A DNA stretch of 64,000 bases from the NCBI GenBank assembly GCA_964036045.1, contig OZ038378.1, forward strand, positions 181,908,001-181,972,000, written 5' to 3'. Made by a program: the position numbers and the translations under genes. This DNA comes from Eutreptiella sp. 'Long Island Sound 2002' (taxonomy: Eukaryota; Protista; Euglenida). The notes beneath the pieces were generated by a model. That model had not been told where the DNA came from and did no database searches. It saw nothing but the letters and a program-made list of their open reading frames with translations. Shown piece by piece: positions 1 to 11,693 of the stretch (the stretch's first letter is position 1; each line of letters begins with the position of its first letter).

Positions 1-2284
1 GGGGTAACGACCACCGTCAGGTTATGCCAAGCTACGCCTTGTCCAAGCAAAGCACTATCCGCAGGACCGTATCTTGGCACCGCAATCCCCCCCCCCCCCC
101 GCCCCCCAACACCACCTTGTCAGCCCCCCTGAATTGGATGGCGCTGGACCATTTTACTGTTGCGCTCGTTTTCCTTCCTTTCGTCTTATTTCCTCCTCGA
201 TGAGCGGTGGTTGACAGCCATGCCATGCTCTGTGTGTGGGGAGCGCACGCAGCCTCGCCTCACCCCCATGTGTGAGGGCACCCGAGAATGTACCTTACAA
301 TGAGATATAGTCACGTGCCTTCGCATGAACCCGTTCCTTAAGCCCCCGGTTGATGGGATGTTGATGATATTTTGTGAGACATCACTCTTTCGAAAGATCT
401 ATCCAAATTGTTTGTCTGCTGGCCGCACATGTTTGACCTGAGGTACTATCACTTCTCTACCAGTTCGTTGTAGCGTGAATAGCACAAGTTTCCCACGGGG
501 GAGGGGCTTACATGTTGAGCTGGGACCCCCCCCCCCTACTCCACGCCAACAGCGAACAATGAGGAACGACCTTGTTGGGCACCCCGAAATTTTTGTGGCC
601 TCTGCAGACCGGGGCACAGAATTCCGTCCCCCCCCCCCATTGCCCACATTGCCCCATCCCCCCCCATTTGTGGTGAATGGTAGAAGGGAATTGCACCCTG
701 GAGTTGTGTATATTCATGCCCTGGAAACCCGAAAAAAATTGTGACCCTCCCACCCCCCTCCGGACCCATCATCTTTCCAGTAGGACTTTCAAGGTTTGAT
801 TGATTGAGGGCTACAACCCTGCAGTGCTTGCGGTGCACCCTGCGGCGCGCGTTAGGAATAATTCCGACAGCAAACAAGGCACGCAATTCTACATTATTGT
901 ATTTCCTACTTTTTCACACTCCACCCCTCTACACCGTGCAAGTCAAAGATCAATTACTCCCCGGATGACGAATAAAGTGGGAGTGGCCATGGAAGGCACC
1001 GAACCGACACCTACATGGGATTGGGCACCCCATGTGGTGTAACTTGAAACGTGAAACAATACCAAACGCGAAACGAAATGAAACGCTCGTTGTGCGGGAA
1101 TGGGCACCCCGTTCGGCGAGGGGGAGTCGTTGCAAGCAACCTCTCCTTGGGGTATGGGGCGGAAGCAGCAATGGGGCTTTGCTGCTTCTCCCCGAGGGAG
1201 TAACGCCCCTCCTCCGCAACCACAGTAGAAGGGCGTGATTCTCTACCACGCTTTGCACATTGTAGAGCGATGGTGTCAATAGATCAATGTGCACCCCCCC
1301 CCCTCCCCCCAACCCCCCCCCTCCCACTCAGTGGGTTTTGTATAGGCAGGTACTCCAAATGGTCATGGAATGGTGTTTTTTCTTTCTTGTTGCAAGTTTC
1401 ACTATTTCTGCATTTTAAGAGGATTATTCCTGCCTTGCGGCGCGCAGGAGTAGCCCTCATTGGAGATATGTATGCTTATGACGGATGCATACGTAGTATC
1501 TCATCCAGATTGTTCATGCCTTATCTCTTCGAACACCAGAACTGGTGCAGTGTGAATGATGACTACACCCCGGACGGAGGGGCTGGCGAGCAGTGTAGCC
1601 CTTAGGGTCCCATCGAGGTGATCAAGGCGCAGTGGGCTCACCAGGGGGCTCTGCTCCCTCAAGTGCTCCTGGGGCAGTGAAGTGCTCAGCATGCCCCAGG
1701 ACCTTCCATCCATTAGGACACCCCCAGCTGGTCTAGCACTTTGTGCTGCGCCACCTATGCCCCCCCCCCCCCCGGATGCACGCCCACAACGCACACAGGC
1801 TCCCTCCCACAAGAGCCTCGGTGGGGTTTGGGGATCGTCAACAGTCCAGGCGGCTGTGAGACCAGACAACCGGAGGCAGACGCCCAGCCGTGCTGGCAAG
1901 GTAAGGGCGCACAGGCCGTGGCACCCTCGCCTTCGGCGCAACGCTGAGATCCAAACCAACCCAACCCCCCTTTCGGGACCTTTGATCCCCCCCTCTGACC
2001 CCCCCCCCCTGCCCACGCTGCTGGGGTTGGGGATTGGAACCGAACTGGATCCCCCCCTCTGTGAACCAGCCCCCTCCTTCACTCCTTATCCTCTGCCCAA
2101 CACACCCTCACTCAGGGCTTCCTGAAGGGACCTGGGCTAATGGGTTGACCGCCAGCAGCTGACGGTGTAGCTTTTAGGGAGGTGTACCAACTGTGGACTG
2201 CGAAGGGATGACGTCAGATCGATTTTTCCCCTTTTGCACTCGGGAAGCCCTGCCCTCACCGTCAACCCTAATCTTCAATCTCAG

Positions 2285-2532
2285 TCGCACCTGCACCTCC
2301 ATGTCTCGCCCCACACGCCTCCCCCTCAACGTCACACAGGCCAATTTTGATGAGCTCGAGGCTGGATCCTACAAACTTAAGCCCCAGCCGCTGCCATACT
2401 TCTTGTCTGCTGAGCAGACGGACGGCTCGGCGCCCCCCTACAGCGTCATAGAGACCTCAAGTGATTTGTGGTTCTTTGTTGAGCTGCCGGGGGTTGAGGA
2501 GCCCAAACTCTCGTTCAGGCCCATGATACAAG
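2285..2532 (+). CDS. Possible exon of an HSP20/alpha-crystallin-like protein
   Basis: Peptide PPYSVIETSSDLWFFVELPGVEEPKLSF resembles the HSP20 ET..h.h.hELPGh strand pattern. It is preceded by a pyrimidine-rich tract ending in AG (2283-2284) and an ATG at 2301, and followed by AG|GTATGT at 2531-2538. Resemblance only. Confidence 0.25.
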
Positions 2533-3937
2533 GTATGTGCTGTTTGGTTGATGGGGATGATAAGGTCTGGCGTGGTGTTTTTGCGGTCCGTCGCAGTAGG
2601 GGTCTCCAGTATCGCTGTGTCAAGTAGCCTTATGTGTGTGTGGGGGGTATCTTGGCTCCACTCCGCTCGGCCAGCAGCGCTTGGCATCCCGCTGCAACCC
2701 TCCGTCCATGCTGTTTCACCACATTTGGGTTGCTGCCAACTGGATAACCTTGAGATTCCATAGTCGTTCCAGGTCCAGGCCCCCTCCCTTCAGGGATGTA
2801 TTGGAAGGGGGGCACCCCCCCCCCCCCACCTCCTGGGCCGCCCAGCCTATGTCCAGCAACTGTCTGCCTGACGGCAGTTTCCAGCCTCAATGGCATTTGC
2901 AACCGACAGTCGCCGCCCCCAACCGCTTCGGCAACCTCCTCCAACCGCCTGCCTCACCGCTTCTGGGGCCGCCTCTGCGGCCCCTTCCTGTCTAATGCAT
3001 CCCCGCCTCCCTCCCGCTACAGACAACACTGCAACAACTTGTAGCCACTACTAATGTGCAACTGGAACGGCGTACACATGATAGAACCGAAAACTCTGTC
3101 ACATTCCATCAGGACACAGCTGAAAAAGAATATTACCCAAGTGTATTACCCACCGGGGGTGGGGTGGGGGGGCGCCTGTTCAGATACCCGCATCCAACAG
3201 TCCCCCCCCCCCCCTCTCCAGGCCTCCGACGACCACACAGGTCTTGACCATTGTCCACTAGAGCTGTGGTGCGGGACATGCTCCTGAGGCAGGGGTGATG
3301 CAAGGGCGTTTGCAAGGGGTGTGCTTGGGGGCTCCTTCAGGGGGAACCTGGTCTAAAAAGTAGCGCGCAATGCACGCACAGTGCAAGGGCGCCCCCATGG
3401 CAGGATCCTGGCCCCCCACTGCGCCCCTGTGCCTGAAGGGTATGATGAGGGGAGTTGCAGCACGGGCCGGATGCTTTGGCCTAACGTAACCCTATTGCTT
3501 CCCAAGGTTGGTTTGGTCCTCCCTCCTCCTCGCCCCCACCCCTCTCCCCCCCTACGCTAGCAGGTTGCACTGCCTGGGATCATTTCATAGTAGGCACATG
3601 GGCAAGCCTCCATGCTAACCCGATGATATGGGGACCCACCCATGGGGACCCACCCTGGCAGCGAACAACAGAACCACGGAAACACCGCAACAAAAAATCA
3701 TACCACACTGCCCCGGCATATCATAGCATCATTTCATTCGTGTATGGTTGGTTAGTGCAACACCTGACCATGTTGGAACACGGAGGCAGAAAGCGTTCTG
3801 CCTCCCAGTCCTCAGGGAGGTGGCAAGGTGTGGGCCAGAGCACTGGCAAAAATGACACCCCATGCCCTTGTGCATGTTACACGTGTGTCGCTGAGACCAT
3901 CACACTTACTGGACAAGGGGTGCATGGGCAAGCCTTA

Positions 3938-4332
3938 GTGGGTCCCTCAGGTGCGCCAGTCACCCACTGCACCCACGGTTGTGTCGCACCCCCACCTGCC
4001 AGCTCCTGTACGAACGCTGCTGTGCCACTGTGGGCGGGCGGCCCCGCGGCCTGTGCAACCCCGCGTCACCCCACCACTCAGTGACGACCAAGCCCACGGC
4101 TTTGCAGTTTCGAGTGCAGCGCATTACATTATTATGCAATACAATAGCACTTACCCTGATTGGGGTCTGTGCGTGGGTCAACCGGAGGATCCAAGTAGCT
4201 TTCCCCCCTCCCCATCCTCCCATTGTCCAGCAAAGGCCTGGTTGGCGCTGCAACACGGCCAGTCTGGCGAATGGCTGACACTTGGCCATGTGGGTGCCCC
4301 CCGAGCCCTAGAAAATCCGCGATTGACGCCAA
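3938..4332 (+). repeat. Dispersed ~390-bp repeat, inverted copy at 25522-25907; possibly the 3' coding remnant of a non-LTR element
   Basis: The same translated block RQSPTAPTVVSHPHLPAPVRTLLCHCG...YNSTYPDWGLCVG appears in ORF 3951-4379(+) and ORF 25355-26197(-). Confidence 0.75.
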
Positions 4333-4577
4333 AGCCTCTTGAGCTCAGACGTGGGTGCCTAGGAAGGTGTTGGAGGTGAGGGGCGGCACCATGCGTGTTA
4401 GCGGACAAGATTGTGGAAGATGCAATACCTGATGTCCCCCAACAATCTTGGAGCCTCTAGGGGTCCAACATACACAAACGGTCATACCACAAAGGAGGAC
4501 AATCAAACTTGTGTGTGGGTTGGTGGGGGCTGCGGCTCATTGGGCTGAGCCATGTCTCCTCCTCCACCCTTTTTACA

Positions 4578-4688
<111 letters not shown>

Positions 4689-5721
4689 CCCCACTGCTGC
4701 CCAGGGGCGCGTGACCTCACCGTGGTTTGGGGGTGAAACCGGGGGGGGTCCCCCCCGGGCTAACACGCAATCTGGGGGGTGCCCTGGTCCAGCCGCGGCG
4801 GCCAAGGCACGGGATCGCGCGCCCCACCCCTCGCCGGCCACCGTGGGAGAGCCACGATGGCACAGGGCGGGCTCCACCGGGGGGTGGCGGCATGCGGGAG
4901 TAACCCGGGTCCCCCTGTGACCCAGCCCTCTCCAGGGCTCGTGTGCGCTCCCCTACCCCAACCCACTGCACCTTGTGTTCTGCACAGGTACATCATGGGG
5001 TGGGGATATCGTCCTATCCGACGCCCGTCCGGGCCTGGGGCACAACCACTATGGCCTTCGGCCAGGGGCCTGATGTCACGGGGGGCTACCGGTCCTGCCC
5101 TGCGATGCAATGCGGGGCAACCGTGACATCAGGCCTCACAGCCACGCGCCCTGCTGCACCCGGCGGGATGCCTGGACCGGAGCTGGGAGGCGGTGGAATA
5201 AAGGGGAGACAGCATCGGGGCGGAGGTAAGGGCCAGCGCCTGCCGCTACGGTGCTCGCTACGGTGCTCACTGGCTCCCCAGGAACGGCTGTGAAACAAGG
5301 GGAGGCCCCCCGTTACTGTGTGTGACGAGTGAACTTGGGGTTAAAATCGAGAAAATTCTGAAATAAGGGGAGGCCCCCCCGTGCCCCCCATGCCGGGAAT
5401 CCCACGTGGGGCGGCCGGTCGGTTCACGATGGTTGAAATTGAACTAAGGGGAGGCCCCCCAAGCTCATACCTCAGGTGACACCCACAACAACGCTGCCAA
5501 CTGGAAGGAGATATGAACCAAGGGGAGGCCCCCCGGTCGTTGTGCCGTGGGGGGCGCCATCCCCTCCCGGCGAGGAGATTTGGCTTTTATGGAATCCAGG
5601 GGGGGCGCCATCCCCCCCAGGCCCCAGATGTTATGTTATGTTAGGACCCCCCCCCCCCAGCCATCCACGGCACCGGGAGACCCCCACTGCGGCCGCAAGG
5701 GCTACGCGTGGGCGTCTCCTG

Positions 5722-7900
5722 CCTGGGCCGCGGGGGATAGGGACGCCCGTGGGTTCATAAGGTATTTCTTCCTTCCCCCACACAGCGGCGGTTACACCCG
5801 AGTCCCTCCGGTCCAGCCTGGGCCGCGGAGGGATAGGGACGCCCCGTGGGTTCCTCAGGTATTTTTCCTTCCCCCACACAGCGGCGGTTACACCCGAGTC
5901 CCTCCGGTCCAGCCTGGGCCGCGGGGGGATAGGGACGCCCCGTGGGTTCCTCAGGTATTATTCCTTCCCCCACACAGCGGCGGTTACACCCGAGTCCCTC
6001 CGGTCCAGCCTGGGCCGCGGAGGGATAGGGACGCCCCGTGGGTTCATCAGGTATTTCTTCCTTCCCCCACACAGCGGCGGTTACACCCGAGTCCCTCCGG
6101 TCCAGCCTGGGCCGCGGAGGGATAGGGACGCCCCGTGGGTTCCTCAGGTATTTTTCCTTCCCCCACGCAGCGGCGGTTACACCCGAGTCCCTCCGGTCCA
6201 GCCTGGGCCGCGGAGGGATAGGGACGCCCCGTGGGTTCATCGGGTATTATTCCTTCCCCCACACAGCGGCAGTTACACCCGAGTCCCTCCGGTCCAACCT
6301 GGGCTGCGGAGGGACAGGGACGCCCCGTGGGTTCCTCAGGTATTATTCCTTCCCCCACACAGCGGCGGTTACACCCGAGTCCCTCCGGTCCAGCCTGGGC
6401 CGCGGAGGGATAGGGACGCCCCGTGGGTTCCTCAGGTATTATTCCTTCCCCCACACAGCGGCGGTTACACCCGAGTCCCTCCGGTCCAGCCTGGGCCGCG
6501 GGGGGATAGTGACGCCCCGTGGGTTCCTCAGGTATTTTCCCTTCCCCCACACGCCGGCGGTTACACCCGAGTCCCTCCGGACCAGCCTGGGCCGCGGGGG
6601 GATAGGGACGCCCCGTGGGTTCGTCAGGTATTATTCCTTCCCCCACATAGCGGCGGTTACACCCGAGTCCCTGCGGTCCAACCTGGGCCGTGGAAGGATA
6701 GGGACGCCCCGTGGGTTCCTCAGGTATTTTTCCTTCCCCCACACAGCGGCGGTTACACCCGAGTCCCTCCGGCTCAGCCAGGGCCGCGGGGGGATAGGGA
6801 CGCCCCGTGGGTTCATCAGGTATTATTCCTTCCCCCACACAGCGGCCCGTTACACCTGAGTCACTCCGGTCCAGCCTGGGCCGCGGAGGGATAGGGACGC
6901 CCCGTGGGTTCATCAGGTATTTTTCCCTCCCCCACACAGCGGCGGTTACACCCGAGTCCCTCCGGTCCAGCCGCGGCCGCGGAGGGATAGGGACGCCCCG
7001 TGGGTTCATCAGGTAATTTTCCTTCCCCCACACAGCGGCGGTTACACCCGAGTCCCTCCGGTCCAACGTGGGCCGCGGAAGGATAGGGACGCCCCGTGGG
7101 TTCCTCAGGTATTTTTCCTTCCCCCACACAGCGGCGGTTACACCCGAGTCCCTCCGGCTCAGCCAGGGACGCGGGGGGATAGGGACGCCCCGTGGGTTCA
7201 TAAGGTATTATTCCTTCCCCCACACAGCGGCGGTTACACCCGAGTCCCTCCGGTCCAGCCTGGGCCGCGGAGGGATAGGGACGCCCCGTGGGTTCCTCAG
7301 GTATTTTTCCTTCCCCCACACAGCGGCGGTTACACCCGAGTCCCTCCGGTCCAGCCTGGGCCGCGGAGGGATAGGGACGCCCCGTGGGTTCGTCAGGTAT
7401 TATTCCTTCCCCCACACAGCGGCCCGTTACACCTGAGTCCCTCCGGTCCAGCCTGGGCCGCGGAGGGATAGGGACGCCCCGTGGGTTCCTCAAGTATTAT
7501 TCCTTCCCCCACACAGCGGCCCGTTACACCTGAGTCCCTCCGGTCCAGCCTGGGCCGCGGAGGGATAGGGACGCCCCGTGGGTTCCTCAAGTATTATTCC
7601 TTCCCCCACACAGCGGCGGTTACACCCGAGTCCCTCCGGTCCAGCCTGGGCCGCGGAGGGATAGGGACGCCCCGTGGGTTCATCAGGTATTTCTTCCTTC
7701 CCCCACACAGCGGCGGTTACACCCGAGTCCCTCCGGTCCAGCCTGGGCCGCGGAGGGATAGGGACGCCCCGTGGGTTCCTCAGGTATTATTCCTTCCCCC
7801 ACACAGCGGCGGTTACACCCGAGTCCCTCCGGTCCAGCCTGGGCCGCGGAGGGATAGGGACGCCCCGTGGGTTCGTCAGGTATTTTTCCTTCCCCCACAC
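5722..7900. repeat. Tandem satellite, ~96-bp unit, ~23 copies
   Basis: Unit GGCCGCGGAGGGATAGGGACGCCCCGTGGGTTCCTCAGGTATTTTTCCTTCCCCCACACAGCGGCGGTTACACCCGAGTCCCTCCGGTCCAGCCTG recurs with a 96-97-nt period and few substitutions. Confidence 0.97.
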
Positions 7901-7904
7901 TTGG

Positions 7905-9290
7905 CTTCCGGACCATCGAGGCCCCCTCCGCTGAGGCGAGGGGGCCTCTTTGGCTTTGGGACCACCGAGGCCCCCTCCGCTGAGCGAGGGGGCCTCTTTG
8001 GCTTTGGGACCACCGAGGCCCCCGCCGCTGAGGCGAGGTGGCCTCCTGGGCTTTGGGACCACCGAGGCCCCCGCCGCTGAGGCGAAGGGGCCTCCTTCGC
8101 TTGGGGACCATCGAGGCCCCCTCCGCCGAGGCGAGGGGGCCTCCTTCTCTTCGGGACCACCGAGGCCCCCGCCGCTGAGGCGAGGGGGCCTCTATGTTTG
8201 GGGACCACCGAGGCCCCCTCCGCTGAGGCGAGGGGGCCTCCTTGGCTTTCGGATCATCGAGGCCCCCGCCGCTGAGGCGAGGGGGCCTCCTTCGTTTGGG
8301 GACCACCGAGGCCCCCGCCGCTGAGGCGAGGGGGCCTCCTTCGCTTTGGAACCACCGAGGCCCCCTCCGCTGAGGCGAGGGGGCCTCCTGGGCTTTCGGA
8401 TCATCGAGGCCCCCGCCGCTGAGGCGAGGGGGCCTCTTTCGTTTGGGGACCACCGAGGCCCCCTCCGCTGAGGCGAGGGGGCCTCCTTGGCTTTCGGATC
8501 ATCGAGGCCCCCGCCGCTGAGGCGAGGGGGCCTCTTTCGTTTTAGGACCATCAAGGCCCCCTTTGCTGAGGCAAGGGGGCCTCTTTCGCTTTGGGTTCAC
8601 CGAGGCCCCCTTCGCTGAGGCGAGGGGGCCTTCTTCGCTTGGGGACCATCGAGGCCTCCGCCGCTGAGGCGGTGGGGGCCTCTTTGGCTTTCGGACCACC
8701 GAGGCCCCCGCCGCTGAGGCGAGGGGGCCTCTTTCGTTTTGGGACCATCGAGGCCCCCGCCGCTGAGGCGAGGGGGCCTCCTTCTCTTCGGGACCACCGA
8801 GGCCCCCGCCGCTGGGGCGAGGGGGCCTCCTTGGCTTTGGGACCACCGAGGCCCCCTCCGCTGAGCGAGGGGGCCTCTTTGGCTTTGGGACCACCGAGGC
8901 CCCCGCCGCTGAGGCGAGGTGGCCTCCTGGGCTTTGGGACCACCGAGGCCCCCGCCGCTGAGGCGAGGGGGCCTCCTTCGCTTCGGGACCACCGAGGCCC
9001 CCGCCGCTGAGGCGAGGGGGCCTCCTTCTCTTCGGGACCACCGAGGCCCCCGCCGCTCAGGCGAGGTGGCCTCCTGGGCTTTGGGACCACCGAGGCCCCC
9101 TCCGCTGAGCGAGGGGGCCTCTTTCGCTTTCGGACACCGAGGCCCCCGCCGCTGAGGCGAGGGGGCCTCTTTCGCTGTGGGATCACCGAGGCCCCCGCCG
9201 CTGAGGCGAAGGGGCCTCTTTCGCTCTGGGACCACCGAGGCCCCCGCCGCTGAGGCGAGGGGGCCTCCTTCGCTTTGGATTCACCGAGGC
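7905..9290. repeat. Tandem array of 46-49-bp hairpin units, ~29 copies
   Basis: Unit GGGACCACC-GAGGCCCCC-(G/T)CCGCTGAGGCGA-GGGGGCCTC-pyrimidine linker. Each unit has a perfect 9-bp inverted repeat. Confidence 0.97.
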
Positions 9291-9825
9291 GGGGGTTTGC
9301 GTGTCCCCTCCGCAGACGTGCGGCACTGCGGATTGGGGGGACACGACCGGAGGGTTAGAGGATGGCCCCGCGCACGGGCACCTTCGGCAGAAGTGCTGCG
9401 CGTTGGGGGAGGGGGGGGGGGCAGGCCACGGACCAAGCCCCCGTGATCCGCCGGCCAAACGCCGCCCAGTCGGTAGTACCTGGCGGCTAAGGGCCCACAC
9501 CCGTGAGACTGCGTCCCCCTTCCCTTGGGGGGGTGGTGGACCGTGCCGGAAGTGGAGCCGGCGCTCCGCCTCGCCCCCCATTCCGTGCCCCTGGGAGGGG
9601 ATCCGGCTACGTGTAGGGCGGGTGCATGCACGTAGCGCGGGCCAGGGGACAAGGGGAGGAGACGAAGAGGAGAGCCGCCGCCATGATGCTTAGCCGGACG
9701 GGTTGGGGTGAAACCTCCCTCCCGGTCGCTTTCCAGACCGTGGAGGGCCGGCGGGCACCATGGGGATGTGCCGCGGGGGCGCCCTACCGGGGGACCGCAT
9801 CTCCTCCTCCTCCTCTGTGTGTGTG

Positions 9826-10159
9826 TGTGTGTGTGTGAGCGGGTGGTTACACCCGTCTCCAGCTAGGTACCTCCAGAGTAGGCATGTAAGTAGCGCTGCG
9901 GTTTTCAACAGATCATACAATCAGTGGCTAGACAGGGCCGGGCAGTGGGCAGGGTCTGTAGTGATCGGCGCAACTTGCACTGTGAGAACAAACTCCTGTA
10001 CACCGTCACTCCTGTCTCAGAAAGGACCTTGCCTACCTTTTTGTTAATGGCCTGATGAAATTGTCTCGGTGACCAGTGCTTTGCCTTCGCCTGCTTTCGT
10101 CTTCACTGACGTTGTGCCCCGCGTTTGGTCCCCACTGGTTTTCCCGCACGAAGTGTGTG
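9826..10159 (+). repeat. 5' pseudo-LTR (direct repeat of 15852-16185)
   Basis: 334 bp with four substitutions relative to the 3' copy, counted by eye. Starts and ends in TG dinucleotides. Confidence 0.95.
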
Positions 10160-10286
10160 GTCTGCTGTTGGCACGCCCCCCAGTGTCCGTTCGGCAGTTT
10201 GCGTTTTGTTGAAGACATCTCCACGCTTGGCGCTGCTTCGTCTACTCTACTCTACTAATCTCGTGTCTGTATCCTCCGACCCTCTC

Positions 10287-11693
10287 ATGGCCGACCCCCC
10301 TATTATCTGCCGCCGATGTCACAAAGGCGGGCACCATGCCTCTGCCTGTCCAGAAGCTAGCACCGGCAATCGCTCGGAGCGAGGAGGCCGCGGCCCTCCA
10401 CCGTCAAAGTGCTGGACCTGTGAGCTGATCGATGGCGCCGATGCAAACCACTGGGGAGATGAGTGTCCGGTAGCCGCGCAGCGACTGAAGGATCGCCAGT
10501 GCACCCTGTGTGGTTCGCCAGACCACTGGAAAAAAGGATGCCCCAAATACGAATCAGGCAAACATACGGCCCGCAACCCCACAACCACCTACTGGCCCAC
10601 CGGTCCCAAGCGATCAGCAATCTCGTGGTGCCTGCGCTGCGGAGTCAAAGGGGAACACCCCACAATGGATTGCATAGCCGCCGGTCCCCCAATCATCCTG
10701 CCTGACGCCTCCGATGCCGACGATCTGCAGGATGTCTGCCTCTGGTGCTCCATTAAAGGCCACTCCCATCAATCCTGCATGCGCCGAGCTCCAATCCAGG
10801 CAAAAGAAAATGCTACAGCTATTGCGGGTCTGACGGACCGCGTGGATGCCCTACAAAAATCCGTCACAGACTGCAATGCCTTGTCAGGAAAAGTGTCCAC
10901 ATTGGAGGGACAGATGTCCAGTTTGATGACCTGGAAGTCAGCTACAGAGGGCCGCTTGACAGTTTTGGAGTCCTGGCAGTCCTCGGCCAACAATAAATTC
11001 GTCGCCCGTTCCAGCTTTAATGCATTCGTGGAAGAAAAATTCACCCCAACGCAACGACAGGCAGCTACAGCGGTAGCAACATCGACCTTCGATGAATTCG
11101 TCAACACGCGTTTCCTCCCAACTGAGCAACAGGCCTCGGCATCTCTTCCAGCGGATTCGTTCAACGACTATGTCATGAGAATGGAACATGCGTGTTTCAA
11201 ACCAGCTGACGACGACACACCAATGTCAACGGCTCGGCTCACGGGCGCACCACGCATGGCTTCAGAGTCACAGGAGATCGGTAGCCCAGGGCAAACGGCG
11301 AAGGAAAGAGCGGCAAAGCGTGCCCACACTCCGTCTGGCGCCGGCGGTGCAAGCTCCTCGTCTTCAGTGTTCGCCACGCCAGCCTCCCGTATGCAAACAG
11401 GGGCAGCTGCGTTTGGTGGGGTCTCACCTCCGAGTGCGCCGTGGCTGGCGCTGAAACCTACAGAAAGCTCTCAGTGGTCAGACGACGCCCTTGACCTGCT
11501 GTTCAGCGAATGGACAGCCCATATGGACTCCAGGTTGCAGCAGTGGTCGTCGAAGCATCTCCAGGGTGAAATGAAGAGCACGGTGGAGACCCTGGCCCGT
11601 GATGCGTGGTCCCCAGAGAAGAAGCGTGGCATCTCTGCAGTGCTGACAACATCCCGAGTTCCAGTGCGCCTATTCACCAATTTAAATCGGTAG
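10287..11693 (+). CDS. ORF1, Gag-like nucleic-acid-binding protein (468 aa): five Cys/His knuckles, coiled coil, helical C-terminus
   Basis: CRRCHKGGHHASAC, CWTC-x8-HWGDEC, CTLCGSPDHWKKGC, CLRCGVKGEHPTMDC, CLWCSIKGHSHQSC, then heptads IAGLTDRVDALQKSVTDCNALSGKVSTLEGQMSSL. ATG at 10287 within the open frame 10125-11693. Confidence 0.85.
   Translation: MADPPIICRRCHKGGHHASACPEASTGNRSERGGRGPPPSKCWTCELIDGADANHWGDECPVAAQRLKDRQCTLCGSPDHWKKGCPKYESGKHTARNPTTTYWPTGPKRSAISWCLRCGVKGEHPTMDCIAAGPPIILPDASDADDLQDVCLWCSIKGHSHQSCMRRAPIQAKENATAIAGLTDRVDALQKSVTDCNALSGKVSTLEGQMSSLMTWKSATEGRLTVLESWQSSANNKFVARSSFNAFVEEKFTPTQRQAATAVATSTFDEFVNTRFLPTEQQASASLPADSFNDYVMRMEHACFKPADDDTPMSTARLTGAPRMASESQEIGSPGQTAKERAAKRAHTPSGAGGASSSSSVFATPASRMQTGAAAFGGVSPPSAPWLALKPTESSQWSDDALDLLFSEWTAHMDSRLQQWSSKHLQGEMKSTVETLARDAWSPEKKRGISAVLTTSRVPVRLFTNLNR

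Noticed and set aside
5722-7900. Hammerhead ribozyme on the minus strand of the 96-bp satellite: CTGA(G/T/C)GA, variable exactly at the N position, followed by a small CCC-ACG-GGG hairpin
   Set aside because: The obligatory GAAA after stem II is missing (GCGTCCC instead), and some units break the CTGA. Suggestive but not a valid hammerhead.
5547-9235. Many long ORFs across the two satellites
   Set aside because: These are translations of GC-rich tandem repeats in multiple frames and strands, with no coding signal.
7905-9290. CRISPR array interpretation of the hairpin repeats (also considered for 21830-24560)
   Set aside because: Spacers are too short or related to each other, there are no cas genes, and the context is eukaryotic.
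10040-10115. Hammerhead in the pseudo-LTR (CTGATGA followed by a TTGTC/GACAA stem)
   Set aside because: No GAAA follows the stem on this strand. The GAAA-like word is on the opposite strand.
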